A stretch of 64,000 bases of DNA, from positions 370,202,001 through 370,266,000 of the forward strand of contig OZ024743.1 of the NCBI GenBank assembly GCA_964016885.1, given 5' to 3'. The notes beneath the pieces are model-generated. The model saw only the letters and a program-made list of their open reading frames with translations. It did not search any database and had not been told where the DNA came from. The translations under genes were made by a program, and so were the position numbers. Below, piece after piece: positions 13,217-25,436 of this stretch. This stretch comes from Eledone cirrhosa. Lineage: Eukaryota. Position 1 is the first letter of the stretch. Every line of letters starts with the position of its first letter.

Positions 13217-13298
13217 ACTCCAACTAATTAGTTTCTGCAATGGGATAAAGACAGTTACGTAATCCAACTGTCGAGAATTCATTGCGTCATCAGGGAGT
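13217..13298 (-). ncRNA. Type I hammerhead ribozyme motif with extended stem II
   Basis: ACTCC-CTGATGA-C GCAATG..GACAGTT..AACTGTC..CATTGC A-GAAA-CTAATTAG-TT-GGAGT; palindromic stem III. Confidence 0.82.
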
Positions 13299-13777
13299 CT
13301 ATTCTCAGTTAAGTCTCCAGGCAATGCGCGGACACTGGCGGCTCATATAAAAATAATAATAATTCGGTAGATCGAACAGCCTGCGAGGACTGGATTCTAT
13401 GTACCGAAATTCTCACTGCTTCAAGTCAAATGGCCGATTCTAAAGAATCAATCACGTGACACAGAGGCTAGTTAGAAGGAATGGGATGGTAAGATGACTG
13501 ACGCCTACTAACACCCCAAAAAAAAATTTTTTTAGAAGTGGTTTTGGCAAGTTTGCTCGACAAATCAGTGATTTGGAGATAAATATAGATAATTTAATAT
13601 ATCAACTAACATAAGCGCACAGATGCACGCCCATGCTAGCAAATACACAGGTTATGTCATAGTACCTAGGTGGTTCAATGCAGGAGAATGCAGAACAATA
13701 ATATAAAAGACGTAAAATAAGAAAATACTTCTTAAAAAAAATTTTTTTTTAATTTTTTCTTACTTACTTAAATTTTC

Positions 13778-13859
13778 ACTCCAACTAATTAGTTTCTGCA
13801 ATGGGATAAAGACAGTTACGTAATCCAACTGTCGAGAATTCATTGCGTCATCAGGGAGT
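13778..13859 (-). ncRNA. Type I hammerhead ribozyme motif, second copy
   Basis: Same sequence as 13217-13298 by visual comparison. Confidence 0.82.
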
Positions 13860-14043
13860 CTATTCTCAGTTAAGTCTCCAGGCAATGCGCGGACACTGGC
13901 AGAAGTATTTTCTTATTTTACGTCTTTTATATTATTGTTCTGCATTCTCCTGCATTGAACCACCTAGGTACTATGACATAACCTGTGTATTTGCTAGCAT
14001 GGGCGTGCATCTGTGCGCTTATGTTAGTTGATATATTAAATTA

Positions 14044-14086
<43 letters not shown>

Positions 14087-14144
14087 TTACTCGGTATACA
14101 AATGAGACTACTCAGCCGAAGTATACTTCAGAAAATACTATATA

Positions 14145-14693
14145 CAGGGGTTAGACAAACTAATGGAAACACCTAGCATCATAGCATCATAATTTTGAAA
14201 TATCTATAAAACCGTCAAAAGCTTCTTTATTTGTATTGTTCTCGAGTAATTTTGGGAGCTGTACTTTTGTGATCCTTTCTAACAATTCGCGTAAGAGTCC
14301 GACGGTCCCTATCTGAAAGTTTTGGATTTCTTCCGGAGTTTTGTTTCGACGAGGAGGTTTTTCCCTCTTTCTCAAAGGCTGTCATTACTTTTGAGACAGT
14401 ACTTCTTGATACACCAAACATTTCGGCTGTTTTCGTTACGCTAGCGCCTGCCATACGAGCACCAACAATTTGACCTCTTTCAAACTCCGATAGATCTGTC
14501 ATTTTAATGAATTTTAATTACCTTTTTCTGATGATATCTGAAAAGAAACAGCAATTTTAACAAAACATATTAAGCAACACTAATAATAAATAAAAAAAAA
14601 CATAAAAAATAAACAAGCTTTTGACGGTTTTATAGATATTTCAAAATTATGATGCTATGATGCTAGGTGTTTCCATTATTTTTCCAACCCCTG
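14145..14693 (-). mobile_element. Tc1/mariner internal-deletion derivative with ~80-bp TIRs and TA target duplication
   Basis: TA|CAGGGGTT...AACCCCTG|TA; TIR GGAAACACCTAGCATCATAGCATCATAATTTTGAAATATCTATAAAACCGTCAAAAGCTT at both ends. Confidence 0.93.
14227..14502 (-). pseudogene. Truncated Tc1 transposase, N-terminal paired-like HTH only
   Basis: MTDLSEFERGQIVGARMAGASVTKTAEMFGVSRSTVSKV...SGRNPKLSDRDRRTLTRIV; no DDE domain. Confidence 0.9.
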
Positions 14694-14722
14694 TATTTTC
14701 AACCGTTTAACAGATTGGTAAA

Positions 14723-14763
14723 CAGTCCTGATGAAGGCTAATGACACAGAAACATGTTGATTG
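14723..14763 (+). ncRNA. Minimal type I hammerhead motif, stem II decayed
   Basis: CAGTC-CTGATGA-aggctaatgacaca-GAAA-CATG-TT-GATTG. Confidence 0.6.
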
Positions 14764-14873
14764 TTCCTCGATGCCAGTCTTGAACAAACGGCTGACGATT
14801 GGTCATCAGCACGGCATAGCTTTAGTCGGGCCGTTTTTTTTTACAAATGAATCGAATATTATTATTAATGTTC

Positions 14874-15071
<198 letters not shown>

Positions 15072-15310
15072 AACCAACGAGAATGTTAGAAATACCAGTG
15101 CATTTGGTCTAAAAAGAAGCAGCTCTACTAAAATTTACTCTTAGGAGCAGAAATAGATATATCAAAATATTGATTAATACGTAAAGTTATTGATCATAAT
15201 GTCTGACAAAAGTATAGGTTAACCAAAGTTCTACAGGTAGTCACTATTAGAACCTAAAGTCAGCTGTATAGAATATTGAAATCTCGGAATTTTACCATAT
15301 AAATAAGTTT

Positions 15311-15335
<25 letters not shown>

Positions 15336-15342
<7 letters not shown>

Positions 15343-16143
15343 ATGGGTGAGAAGAATACTGCTGGTTGCACATGGATAACATGTTATAAAATGAGTCCCT
15401 CGTCAGTGATTTACCAAACGATCAAGGGTATTTCATCGCATTAAAAATCATATACCTCACGTTGGAGCGATAATAACTAAAATAAGTTATTAGGACAATA
15501 GAAACGCGTAAAGCGAGTGAGACAAGTAAACAACACGGGGGAAGCTAACCGAAGATGGAAATAAACACAAGCAGCATAGTTATTCTTTCAGCATAAGCTG
15601 TGTGAATATATGAGCGAGTCAGAAACAGACCTTTCGCTAGTGAATCCGGTGTTAGAAAGAAGGAAGGAAAACCGTTTTCACAGCGAACGGGAGGAAGAAA
15701 GAAGGGGAGAAACAGGGACTGAGTGAGTGGGAGTGCGAGGAAGAGGTCAGTAGAGAGAAAGAGTTAACTGACATGGCAGAGGGGACGAAAGAAAGTAAGA
15801 GAAACAGAGAGAACGAGGGAGCAGTAAGAGAGAAAGAGAGAGCAATAAGAGAGAAAGAGAGAAACACAGAATTGCAGTTTGGGTAAATATATGAAAAATA
15901 TGGGTGAGAAGAATACTGCTGGTTGCACATGGATAACATGTTATAAAATGAGTCCCTCATCAGTGATTTACCAAACGAACATGGGTATTTCATCGCATTA
16001 AAAATCATGTACCTCACGTTGGAGCGATAATAACTAAAATAAGTTATTAGGACAATAGAAACGCGTAAAGCGAGTGAGACAAGTAAACAACACAGGGGGA
16101 AGCTAACCGAAGATGGAAATAAACACAAGCAACATAGTTATTC

Positions 16144-16148
<5 letters not shown>
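15336..16148. repeat. ~255-bp direct repeat pair around a purine-rich spacer, flanked by (TA)n; pLTR-like
   Basis: 15336-15589 matches 15894-16148 with few differences; each copy has TATT..AATA-GAAA-CGCG-TA. Confidence 0.7.
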
Positions 16149-16182
<34 letters not shown>

Positions 16183-16184
16183 AA

Positions 16185-16763
16185 GATATGTCAGGTTAAA
16201 TTATTAATTAACTAATATGTTCTGGATGTAATGGAGATTATGACTGGCTCTGATCTGCTAAACTCTCGCAATGATAGAATTTTTAATTGCCAACACAGTG
16301 TTTTACGTACCTTCGCTAGGTACCACCCTAATTAGAATAAGACCTCTTCCCTCATCTAGATAACCTAATCCTGTAACAACTTTCCTCTAAGCCCCTTTAA
16401 CTGCTTAATTGAAGCACTAGTTTCCTCTATAACTAGCATTAGGTTCGATCCTACATATCTCTTTTCACTCTACCTATAGCTCCTACCCAACCTCCAACTG
16501 CCAATATATATTGGCGTTATACTACATACTAGTAGATTCCCCAATTTAACTTTTTCTTAAGGGTCAGTTCTGTAAGAAAATGTATTACTCTTTAACTTTG
16601 TCTATTCTAGATGCTTCGACCAGCAAAATCCCCTCCCCCTCTTCCTTGCTTCAATGGTTACCTTAGTTTTCAACACCCCGTCCTTTATATGTGTGTATGT
16701 GTTACTGCGTGTGTTTGTGTGTGTATATATATATATATATGAGTGTGTGTGTGTGTAAGTATG

Positions 16764-16804
<41 letters not shown>

Positions 16805-17300
16805 GTTTGTGTGTGTATATGTATATATGTGTGTGTGTGTATGTACGTATATGTGTGGGTGTATATATATATGTGTGTATGTGTATATGTATATCCTTTT
16901 AAGTTATTTTTATTTTATTTTTATTTATCCTCGCTTATTTTATATTGTTTTTGCTTACTTTACTCATTTTGTCTATCTCTTGCCTTCCATTTCTGCTACA
17001 TCTCTATATGTGTATGCTAGTTGACTTTAGGTCCGAATAGATAGTAGTAAGAACATTCTTATTACAAGATGCAGCGACCTCATCTTGCACTATGAACATT
17101 ATACTCTTTCTGATGACGTGCAATATTTTACGTAATGCTTACGATTGAGCATAGGAATATGCAATTAGCGCTCGAAGACTGATATTGTACAGAAACATAT
17201 GTTAAGGAACGAACTCTAAATGAATTTTTCTATTCTAGCCTTTACTTCTTGCCTAGTCATTTGTTTTTCTTGGTCTATACCTTTACTATTTTATATATAT
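16185..17300 (+). mobile_element. Probable PLE 3' remnant: end of GIY-YIG ORF plus 3' region with HHR
   Basis: LLNSRNDRIFNCQH near 16255-16297 resembles the PLE endonuclease C-terminal LN.R.E....C.H motif; HHR at 17106. Confidence 0.5.
17106..17207 (+). ncRNA. Type I hammerhead ribozyme motif with long stem II insertion
   Basis: CTTT-CTGATGA-C GTGCAATAT..~55 nt..ATATTGTAC A-GAAA-CATATG-TT-AAGG. Confidence 0.75.
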
Positions 17301-17628
17301 ATTTTATCGGATGGTTAAAAGCTCAATGCAATGGGGTTGACGCAAAGCTGTTACATATTAATTTTAAAAAACATCGAAGATTCAACACATTGTCAAACTG
17401 ACATATGTTTCTGCCTAAACTCACCCTAAGGTCATCAATATTTCCCATAGGTTGAAATTCATTACTTATTTATCATTCACTATAACAACAGATTAAAAGA
17501 ATACACTAAAAAAATTTCAAAATTTCCAAAAATTTATGTTTGTGTGCGCGTGCGTGCGTGTGTGTGTATGTATACAATTTTGACGGGTTTGAGGCCTTGT
17601 CTAACTTAATAGAACTACCTGGCATATA

Positions 17629-17731
<103 letters not shown>

Positions 17732-17800
17732 TAGAAAGTGAAGTTTTTTTTACAAAATGAAAAATAACCGAGGTGTCCTACACGAGTGAAAGTATAAAGA

Positions 17801-17965
17801 AAAAAGGATGAAATCGAAAATGCAACTGGAGTCTTATTTAAAAATATATATATATATTTATTTGGTTCCTGCGAAAAGCAGAAGAACTGCGAAACCGGTA
17901 AAGGAACCAAATAAATATATATATATATTTTTAAATAAGACTCCAGGTGCATTTTCGATTTCATC

Positions 17966-17970
<5 letters not shown>
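17801..17970. repeat. ~68-bp-arm inverted repeat whose loop holds an HHR 3' half
   Basis: Arms AAAAGGATGAAATCG...TTGGTTCCT and its reverse complement; loop GCAG aagaa CTGC GAAA CCGG TA AAGG. Confidence 0.75.
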
Positions 17971-18016
<46 letters not shown>

Positions 18017-18027
18017 TTATATATATA

Positions 18028-19001
<974 letters not shown>

Positions 19002-19102
19002 AACAAGGCTAACAAAGTTAATTCAGTCTTTAATTTCTACGTTCGCTTTAATGCGGTTATAATGATATATGTATATGTAAATAACTGGCAATAATTAATT
19101 AT

Positions 19103-19303
19103 GAATGGTAGATTGGCAGTATCAGTAGAGGGTCGGACGCCATGCTTTGCAGCAAAGAGTTACGGCCCTTGCCATTCTGAGTTCAAATCCCGCCGAGGTT
19201 AACTTTGCCTTTCATCTTTACGGGGTCGATAAAATAATGTACCAGTAATGCACTGGGATAATTGCTGGCCTTGTATCAAAAGTAGAAGCAAATAATTAAT
19301 TAT
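19103..19303 (+). mobile_element. tRNA-derived SINE, copy 2, with target-site duplication
   Basis: B-box GTTCAAATCC near 19181; AATAATTAATTAT at 19090-19102 and 19291-19303. Confidence 0.9.
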
Positions 19304-20120
19304 CAATTATTAACACCATACTTAATAGCTATAACTGCATATCCTCAGGAAAATGTGAGAAAGAATAAAATTTACTAAATTCAAATGACGAATGAACTTC
19401 ATATCAAAAGAGTGAGCAAGCAATTAAATTTAAAAGCTAAACATTTTGTACTTGGAGTTTTTTGACTGTGCAAAATTATAGATTGATGTACAATCGTAAC
19501 GTCATTACTATTTAGAATGTTATTAATTATTTTTCCGTATACCTTTAGAATAATGTTTGTAGTAAAACTTGCAGGAGTGGAAATTATCTGAGAGGCAGCA
19601 GCAAGTAAAAAGCATTACTTATCTCTTATTAAAGCATTAATTATCTCTTATTAAAAAGCATTACTTATCTCTTATTTACAATTTTATTATTATATAGTTA
19701 GAATGGAATTTGTTGTTAGATTTGCAGGAGTGGAAATTACTTAAGAAGTAGTAGCAAGCAGTCAGGATTTTTACATAAACAATGAATATATACACATACG
19801 AAGCACACGCAAATTACCAAAATATCTGACTTCAAGCTGTAAATTTACAGCGTGAAGTCAGATGTCTTGATTCCTTTAACATGCGAGTGATAAACGGAGT
19901 GGGGTGAATGGGACCAATTCAACTCTAGACACAAACTATGTATTGGAGCCTGATTGATACTAATGGTAATTTGCTTGTGTTTTGTATGTGTATAAGCCAC
20001 ACGACTTCGCTATAACATATAAACCACTTTAACGTATCCTAACAAGCCCTATTTTCAACAGTTAGCAACCTGAAGAAGTTATTACTATTTAGAATGTTAT
20101 TAATTATTTTTCCGTATACC

Positions 20121-20484
20121 TATAGCGATGAACGGCTGCGGGGGTTGTATGAATGTAACAAAATGAGACATGGTTTGTGTGTATAATATTTAATTAACAA
20201 TGGTAGATAGTATAGTTGACATGTCAAAGAAATAGATGATAGAATGAAACAAAGTTAGTCGTTACCGTTTTGATTGCCAGGCAAACGCGGCTGGCAGAGG
20301 ACGCCTGGCTAAGGCCAGCCAGGCGCCGGAAGGCCAAATGAGAGGCTCTTGGCCTGGTGCCGAAAGGGCAATGAGAGAGTGAGAACTTAAAGTTGTTAGT
20401 TTTATAGGGTTCTGACCGGAAGTTACAGAAAGGGTTCTACTTCCCGTCTAGATGTTAATCCAAACAAGGGAGACAACCGCTACA
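20121..20484 (-). mobile_element. 3' LTR of an LTR retrotransposon (possibly BEL/Pao), preceded by polypurine tract
   Basis: Minus strand TGTAGCG...CGCTATA termini; GGCGGGAGG PPT at 20488-20496; TATA-like CTATAAAA near 20400. Confidence 0.65.
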
Positions 20485-20879
20485 TAACCTCCCGCCAGAA
20501 TTTTAGGATATAAAAATCGAATGAAAATATGTAGCAAGTTGGCGAGAATGTTGTAACAGGCATGAAAATTACGACAAAAGAATGTTTGCAAAAATCAATG
20601 ATAGATATCAAGGTAGCCAACCGCTCTTGGCCAGAGAACGACTGGACATCTATCTATCCATCACCCAACGATACAATGTAATAAAGTAAGAGAAGGGCTC
20701 AAAGTTCAAATGTACAAAATATAGTTCACAGGTGTGCAATCACATGACAGCAGGAAAGAAAGTGTTATTCCAGAGAATGAATGCAGGTGGTTTCTGTTCT
20801 GTGGTATATCGTGAAATTTCCAACCTCCGAATGGATTTTCTCACAGGAAGAGTGCTGCAAAAATAAATTCTCTGGCTTT

Positions 20880-21060
20880 GGTTGTTGGTGAAGCTGTGTT
20901 GATGTATTGCTGTTGCTGTTGCTGCTGCTGCTGTAATATCGCTGTCGCTATTGCTGTTATATTGCTGTTGGTGTTGCTGTTGCTGCTGTATTGCTGTTGC
21001 TGTTATATTGCTGTTGCTGTTATATTGCTGTTGCTGTTGCTGCTGCTGTTGTCTCGCTGA
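20880..21060. repeat. Degenerate (TGC/TGT)n trinucleotide tract
   Basis: Directly visible; similar in composition to the tract at 1330-1570. Confidence 0.85.
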
Positions 21061-22243
21061 GTGAGCGTATTCGGTGTTTAAATTCACAGTAAAAAAAAAT
21101 TTTTTTCAGAAAAAATGAGTTGCGCAAAGTGCTAGAAATAGCAGCCGAAGTTGATGGTCGATGTTGAGAATGCGTTGACCTGGAAGGGTCAAGAGGCCAG
21201 CGACCAAAGAAATAAGCATTCTGAATAAATGCGCAGTTTTCAACGGCAAATTTACGTAGTAAATTTTTAAACCGGCAAATAGGAGAATATAGCTTAAGGC
21301 TGAAGAATTCTTGGCGAGAAACGTTATCTCTGGCGTGCGGCTATCTCTGTGAGTCGAGAATGTGTGCTGCCTACACGTGCCAATACAAGGTTGAAAAAAT
21401 AATATTTCTAACGCGCGAGAAAATGATAGTGCAAGTGTGAAAGTGACAATGATGAAAAAGAAAGGCTTCACTCAGCATAATTATTGGTGTGAACTTTGGA
21501 AAAAAAAACTTGAACGATGAAGAAAACGATGAAAAAAAAACAAAAAAAAAACGCAATGGTTCATCGAAAATAAATGTTCCTGTTGAAATGTTTTTCAAAG
21601 AATATCAAATTTCTTTTTTTTTTGTTTTGAAAGAGTTCGCTGTAAGAAACGAGAAACATATATATATATCGTGAAATGTTTTTTATTTTTTTTTGTTTTG
21701 AAAGTGTTTGTTGTAGGAAACGAGAATATATATCGTGAAATGCGACAGTTAGTTGATGCGTGAGAGAAAAAGTCTGTCTGAACGCGAATTCCACATGTGC
21801 GTGTGTCCGTTTCTTTGAGTATTTTCATAGTTTGTCGATAAATTTGCTGTGTATTAGAAGTTATTACTATTTAGAATGTTATTAATTATTTTTCCTTATA
21901 CCTTTAGAATAATATTTGTCGTAAAACTTGCAGGATTGGAAATTATCTAAAATCTGTCATAAATCAGTATTTGTTTATTTACAGGTGATGACAATGAAGA
22001 CGTATGTTTTTGAAACCAGTTATACCTTTCGGATATTATTGGTATTTGCTGTTTTCACTTTATCTGAATGTGCAAATTGTAAGTAGTAATAGAAAATATT
22101 CTTTTACTGTATATACATTATATAAAGACTCATTCAAAATTGTCTACTTCGTATTGAAATTAACACCATTGAATAATAGTACCATCGGTTACAGGTTTCC
22201 AAAACACAAAAAATTACCTGACTTACATGCAAACCTTTAATAC

Positions 22244-23045
22244 ATATTGTTATATTTGGGGAGGGTCCTGTTTTCCTAATATTGCCAAAAATAATAATAA
22301 AATACACGCACTTTTTGGTTTGGTTTTCGCTTCAGCTCAGTATATCTTTATATTTCTATAAATGATTTAGTTGGCAATCAATGTTTATCATTGATTGACT
22401 AACAGTTAAAATTATAAATATAGATATAATTGTTTCTACTTTTTGGCACAAGGCCAGCAAATTACCCAGTGCATTACTGGTACTTTATTTTATCGACCCC
22501 GTAAGGATGAAAGGCAAAGTCAACCTCAGCGAGATTTGAACTCAGATCGTTAAGGGACGTAACTATGCTGGAAAGCATGGGGTTTGACACTCTACCGATA
22601 CTGCCAATAGATATAATTTCTTAGTTTCTCAGTTCTTTCGTCACAGATATTTTTTTCTGTGATATCGTCAGTAACTTCCCATCGTTATGTTCCGATAACG
22701 TTGTATTTTGTCGTCTTTATTTTCCCATGTGTTTATTCTGTTTGGTGTGAGCTCGTCTGTTCGTGCCTGTGTTGATGTGTTTATATTCTATCTTTGGTCA
22801 CTAGTGTGTAATTGTGTGTGGGTGTTGATATTGCATCTGAGTCTATTTATATTCTATCTTTGATCACTAGTGTGTGTGTTTGTGTATGTATGGTTGTTGC
22901 TATTCCATTCATGCTTTCTGTTCAGCCTAGGTTTTCTTAATACTATTTCTGTAGCCTCTCTAATTTGTCTAAATATCAAGTCATTCCTATGTTTAAATAT
23001 TTTTGGCAAAATTAGGACATGACCCTCCCCAAATATAACAATATC
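22244..23045 (-). mobile_element. PLE GIY-YIG C-terminal fragment bounded by ~50-bp inverted repeats
   Basis: IFRQIREATEIVLRKPRLNRK in 22854..23093 fits the R..RE...I......LNR motif; 22244-22293 is an imperfect reverse complement of 22998-23044. Confidence 0.55.
22430..22606 (-). mobile_element. tRNA-derived SINE, copy 3
   Basis: Same family as copy 1; ATAGATATAATT at 22420-22431 and 22607-22618. Confidence 0.9.
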
Positions 23046-23552
23046 TGTTTCAACACACGATTTCATATCAACATCCTTGCAAAATAAATACATCGCTGCT
23101 TTTAATACATATATACTTTCAATTAGAGTTTAGTAGAGGTCAAATTCACTTACTTATGCCACTACTGATTTCTTTATTATGTTGTATTGTTTAATTAATT
23201 TATTTATTTATATTTATTTTTATTATTTATTATTTACTTTTAATTGAGTGAATGAACAAAGAAATCATCGGCGTTAATGGTAATTCTTGTCAAGAAATGC
23301 TGGAGAGAAATCTCCAAGATTCAAAATGATTAAACATTGAGTAAAAGCATATTTACCAGACCTTAGAGACTCATTACATTAAGCATATTAACCTACACTT
23401 AATTATTTGTTATTCATGCAGAAGGTTCCCTAATCAATAGAATTGTTTCTTCAGTCATTCTAAGTTCTGGAAGTAGTAAGACAGTGCATCATTGAGGAGG
23501 TCTTATAAGATTGTTCACCACGCAAAATTCTATATAGATTATATATAGACAA

Positions 23553-23596
23553 TCGCCGATTCGTATTTCGAACTGAACTGGTTCTCGTCAGGAGGA
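23553..23596 (-). ncRNA. Degenerate type I hammerhead motif
   Basis: TCCTC-CTGACGA-GAAC cagttca GTTC-GAAA-TACGAA-TC-GGCGA; one mismatch in stem I and one in the stem III palindrome. Confidence 0.55.
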
Positions 23597-23855
23597 TCCC
23601 TCCCGCTCTTGCAACTGCTGGGCTTTGAAAATAAGCGAGATTATATAGTTTTTTCGTCTGTGTAAATAGGGTGATTAATCTCACTCTACGGTTTATGAAA
23701 TAGCGCTATAAGGTTTCACTTATGATTCCACCTGTGTACATATTCTTCTATAGAATATGTATTTGGTGTATATACAATATACCGTGTTTCTTATACGATA
23801 TATGGCTCTTCCCCTCTCTCTCTCTATATATATATATTTTTCTTTTCATTTCGTT

Positions 23856-23913
23856 ATATATATGTACACATACGCATACACATACACATACACACACACA
23901 TACACACACACAT

Positions 23914-23990
<77 letters not shown>
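23856..23990. repeat. (CA)n/(TA)n microsatellite
   Basis: Directly visible. Confidence 0.95.
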
Positions 23991-23992
<2 letters not shown>

Positions 23993-24691
23993 CAAAAATA
24001 AATGGAGAAGGCAATACATTCAAAAACAAAATTTATTCCTCACACAGTGTTACATCAAGGCAATATCAATATAACAGTTCTATATATATATATGTGTGTA
24101 CGTATGCATATATATTATTATAAAGAATATTTTCAGAGAATCTTCAGAGATGAAACATTATTGCTTTTAATGATGTTGCTGGAAGGTAGTCCAATCTATA
24201 TAATGGCGAACGAAATTTACCATTACTGGAATAATTATTCCTTCAAAGGAATACTCAGAGATAAAAACATGTCAGAGTGCACGCCTTAGACCGAACGATT
24301 TGAAATTAAGGCTAATTTATAAATCAAAATGGTGGTTACAAAGGGGCATAATTATCTAAGGGAAGTAACTATGGTGCATTTTATTTAGAAAAAAAGGGGG
24401 GGAAATATTATTTAATTATAACAGGCCAAGTTAAGTGACATTGATAGAGAAGATGTTAGGTGGTGTGTTGAGGGCCAAAGTTTACAGTTTCAATTAAGTA
24501 ACTAATTATGAGCAGCAGTGATTTAGATATTCTAGCTAACCTATAGGAAATAGCTAATGTGGGGTCTATTTTAGAGTTAAGGGGGGATAAATTGGGTTGA
24601 ACGTTAAGATGGCTATATAGAGAAAGAGTAGGGAAGCCTATGCTGGCAATGTATTAGTGTTTCAGCTCTTATGAGGGGAGTATATAATATA

Positions 24692-24872
24692 ATTGTTTCT
24701 ACTTTTAGCACAAGGCCAGCAATTACTCCTGTGCATTACTGGTACTTTATTTTATCTACCCCGTAAGGATGAAAGGCAAACTTAACCTCGGTGGGATTTG
24801 AACTCAGAACGTAAAGGACCATAACTATATGCTCTAAAGCATGGTGTCTGATGCACTACCAATACTACCAAA
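24692..24872 (-). mobile_element. tRNA-derived SINE, copy 4, with 18-bp target-site duplication
   Basis: GGGAGTATATAATATAAT at 24676-24693 and 24873-24890. Confidence 0.9.
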
Positions 24873-25222
24873 GGGAGTATATAATATAATAAGCTTCCAT
24901 CAGACATAAGTGACATTTCTTCTTAAAGTTATAAGAGGTTGCTCTGTCTATGATACGCCATTGGGTTGTGTACCTAGTGTTAGATTCCATTAGTTGAATG
25001 ATGTAGTCTGCGAGAGAGGTTGAGAACTTGAGTTTTCTATATCTAAACGAATGGAGGTGGGTTTCTAAATCTAGTTTTGAATTCATTAGACGTAGCTCCG
25101 ATATAAGATTTAGTATTATTATCTGTAGTGACTGTGCACTTACATATTACATTACTAACTAGGCAATAACTCTGAAGTGTACAGTTGCTAGAGGTCCTAC
25201 AATTACAGTTCCTGTTGTTACT
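24873..25222 (-). pseudogene. PLE GIY-YIG endonuclease fragment with Cys-rich motif
   Basis: Manual translation NCNCRTSSNCTLQSYCLVSNVICKCTVTTDNNTKSYIGATSNEFKTRF, then after a frameshift STSLADYI...WRII...KKCHLCLMEAYYII. Confidence 0.8.
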
Positions 25223-25364
25223 ATTTATGTTATGTTTAGGTGATCATGTAAGCTATGGTCAATCGCATCTAAGCATGTACTACTAGGTATGCTATGCATC
25301 TCAGCGTTATAATCATTGCTGAAATGGCCAGTATCATATCCGTTACTAACAGAACAGGAACCAC

Positions 25365-25435
<71 letters not shown>

Positions 25436-25436
<1 letters not shown>

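Larger units (their letters stand above)
13140..14050 (-). mobile_element. Non-autonomous PLE/retrozyme-like unit: ~200-bp direct repeats each holding an HHR, plus a ~150-bp inverted segment, flanked by (TA)n
   Basis: 13140-13339 matches 13706-13900 (561-bp HHR offset); 13901-14050 is the reverse complement of 13583-13731. Confidence 0.75.

Noticed and set aside
19110-19195. tRNA gene
   Set aside because: A and B boxes belong to a SINE head followed by the family core and tail; no intact cloverleaf seen
24120-24155. Minus-strand CTGAAGA..GAAA motif
   Set aside because: No stem I or stem II pairing
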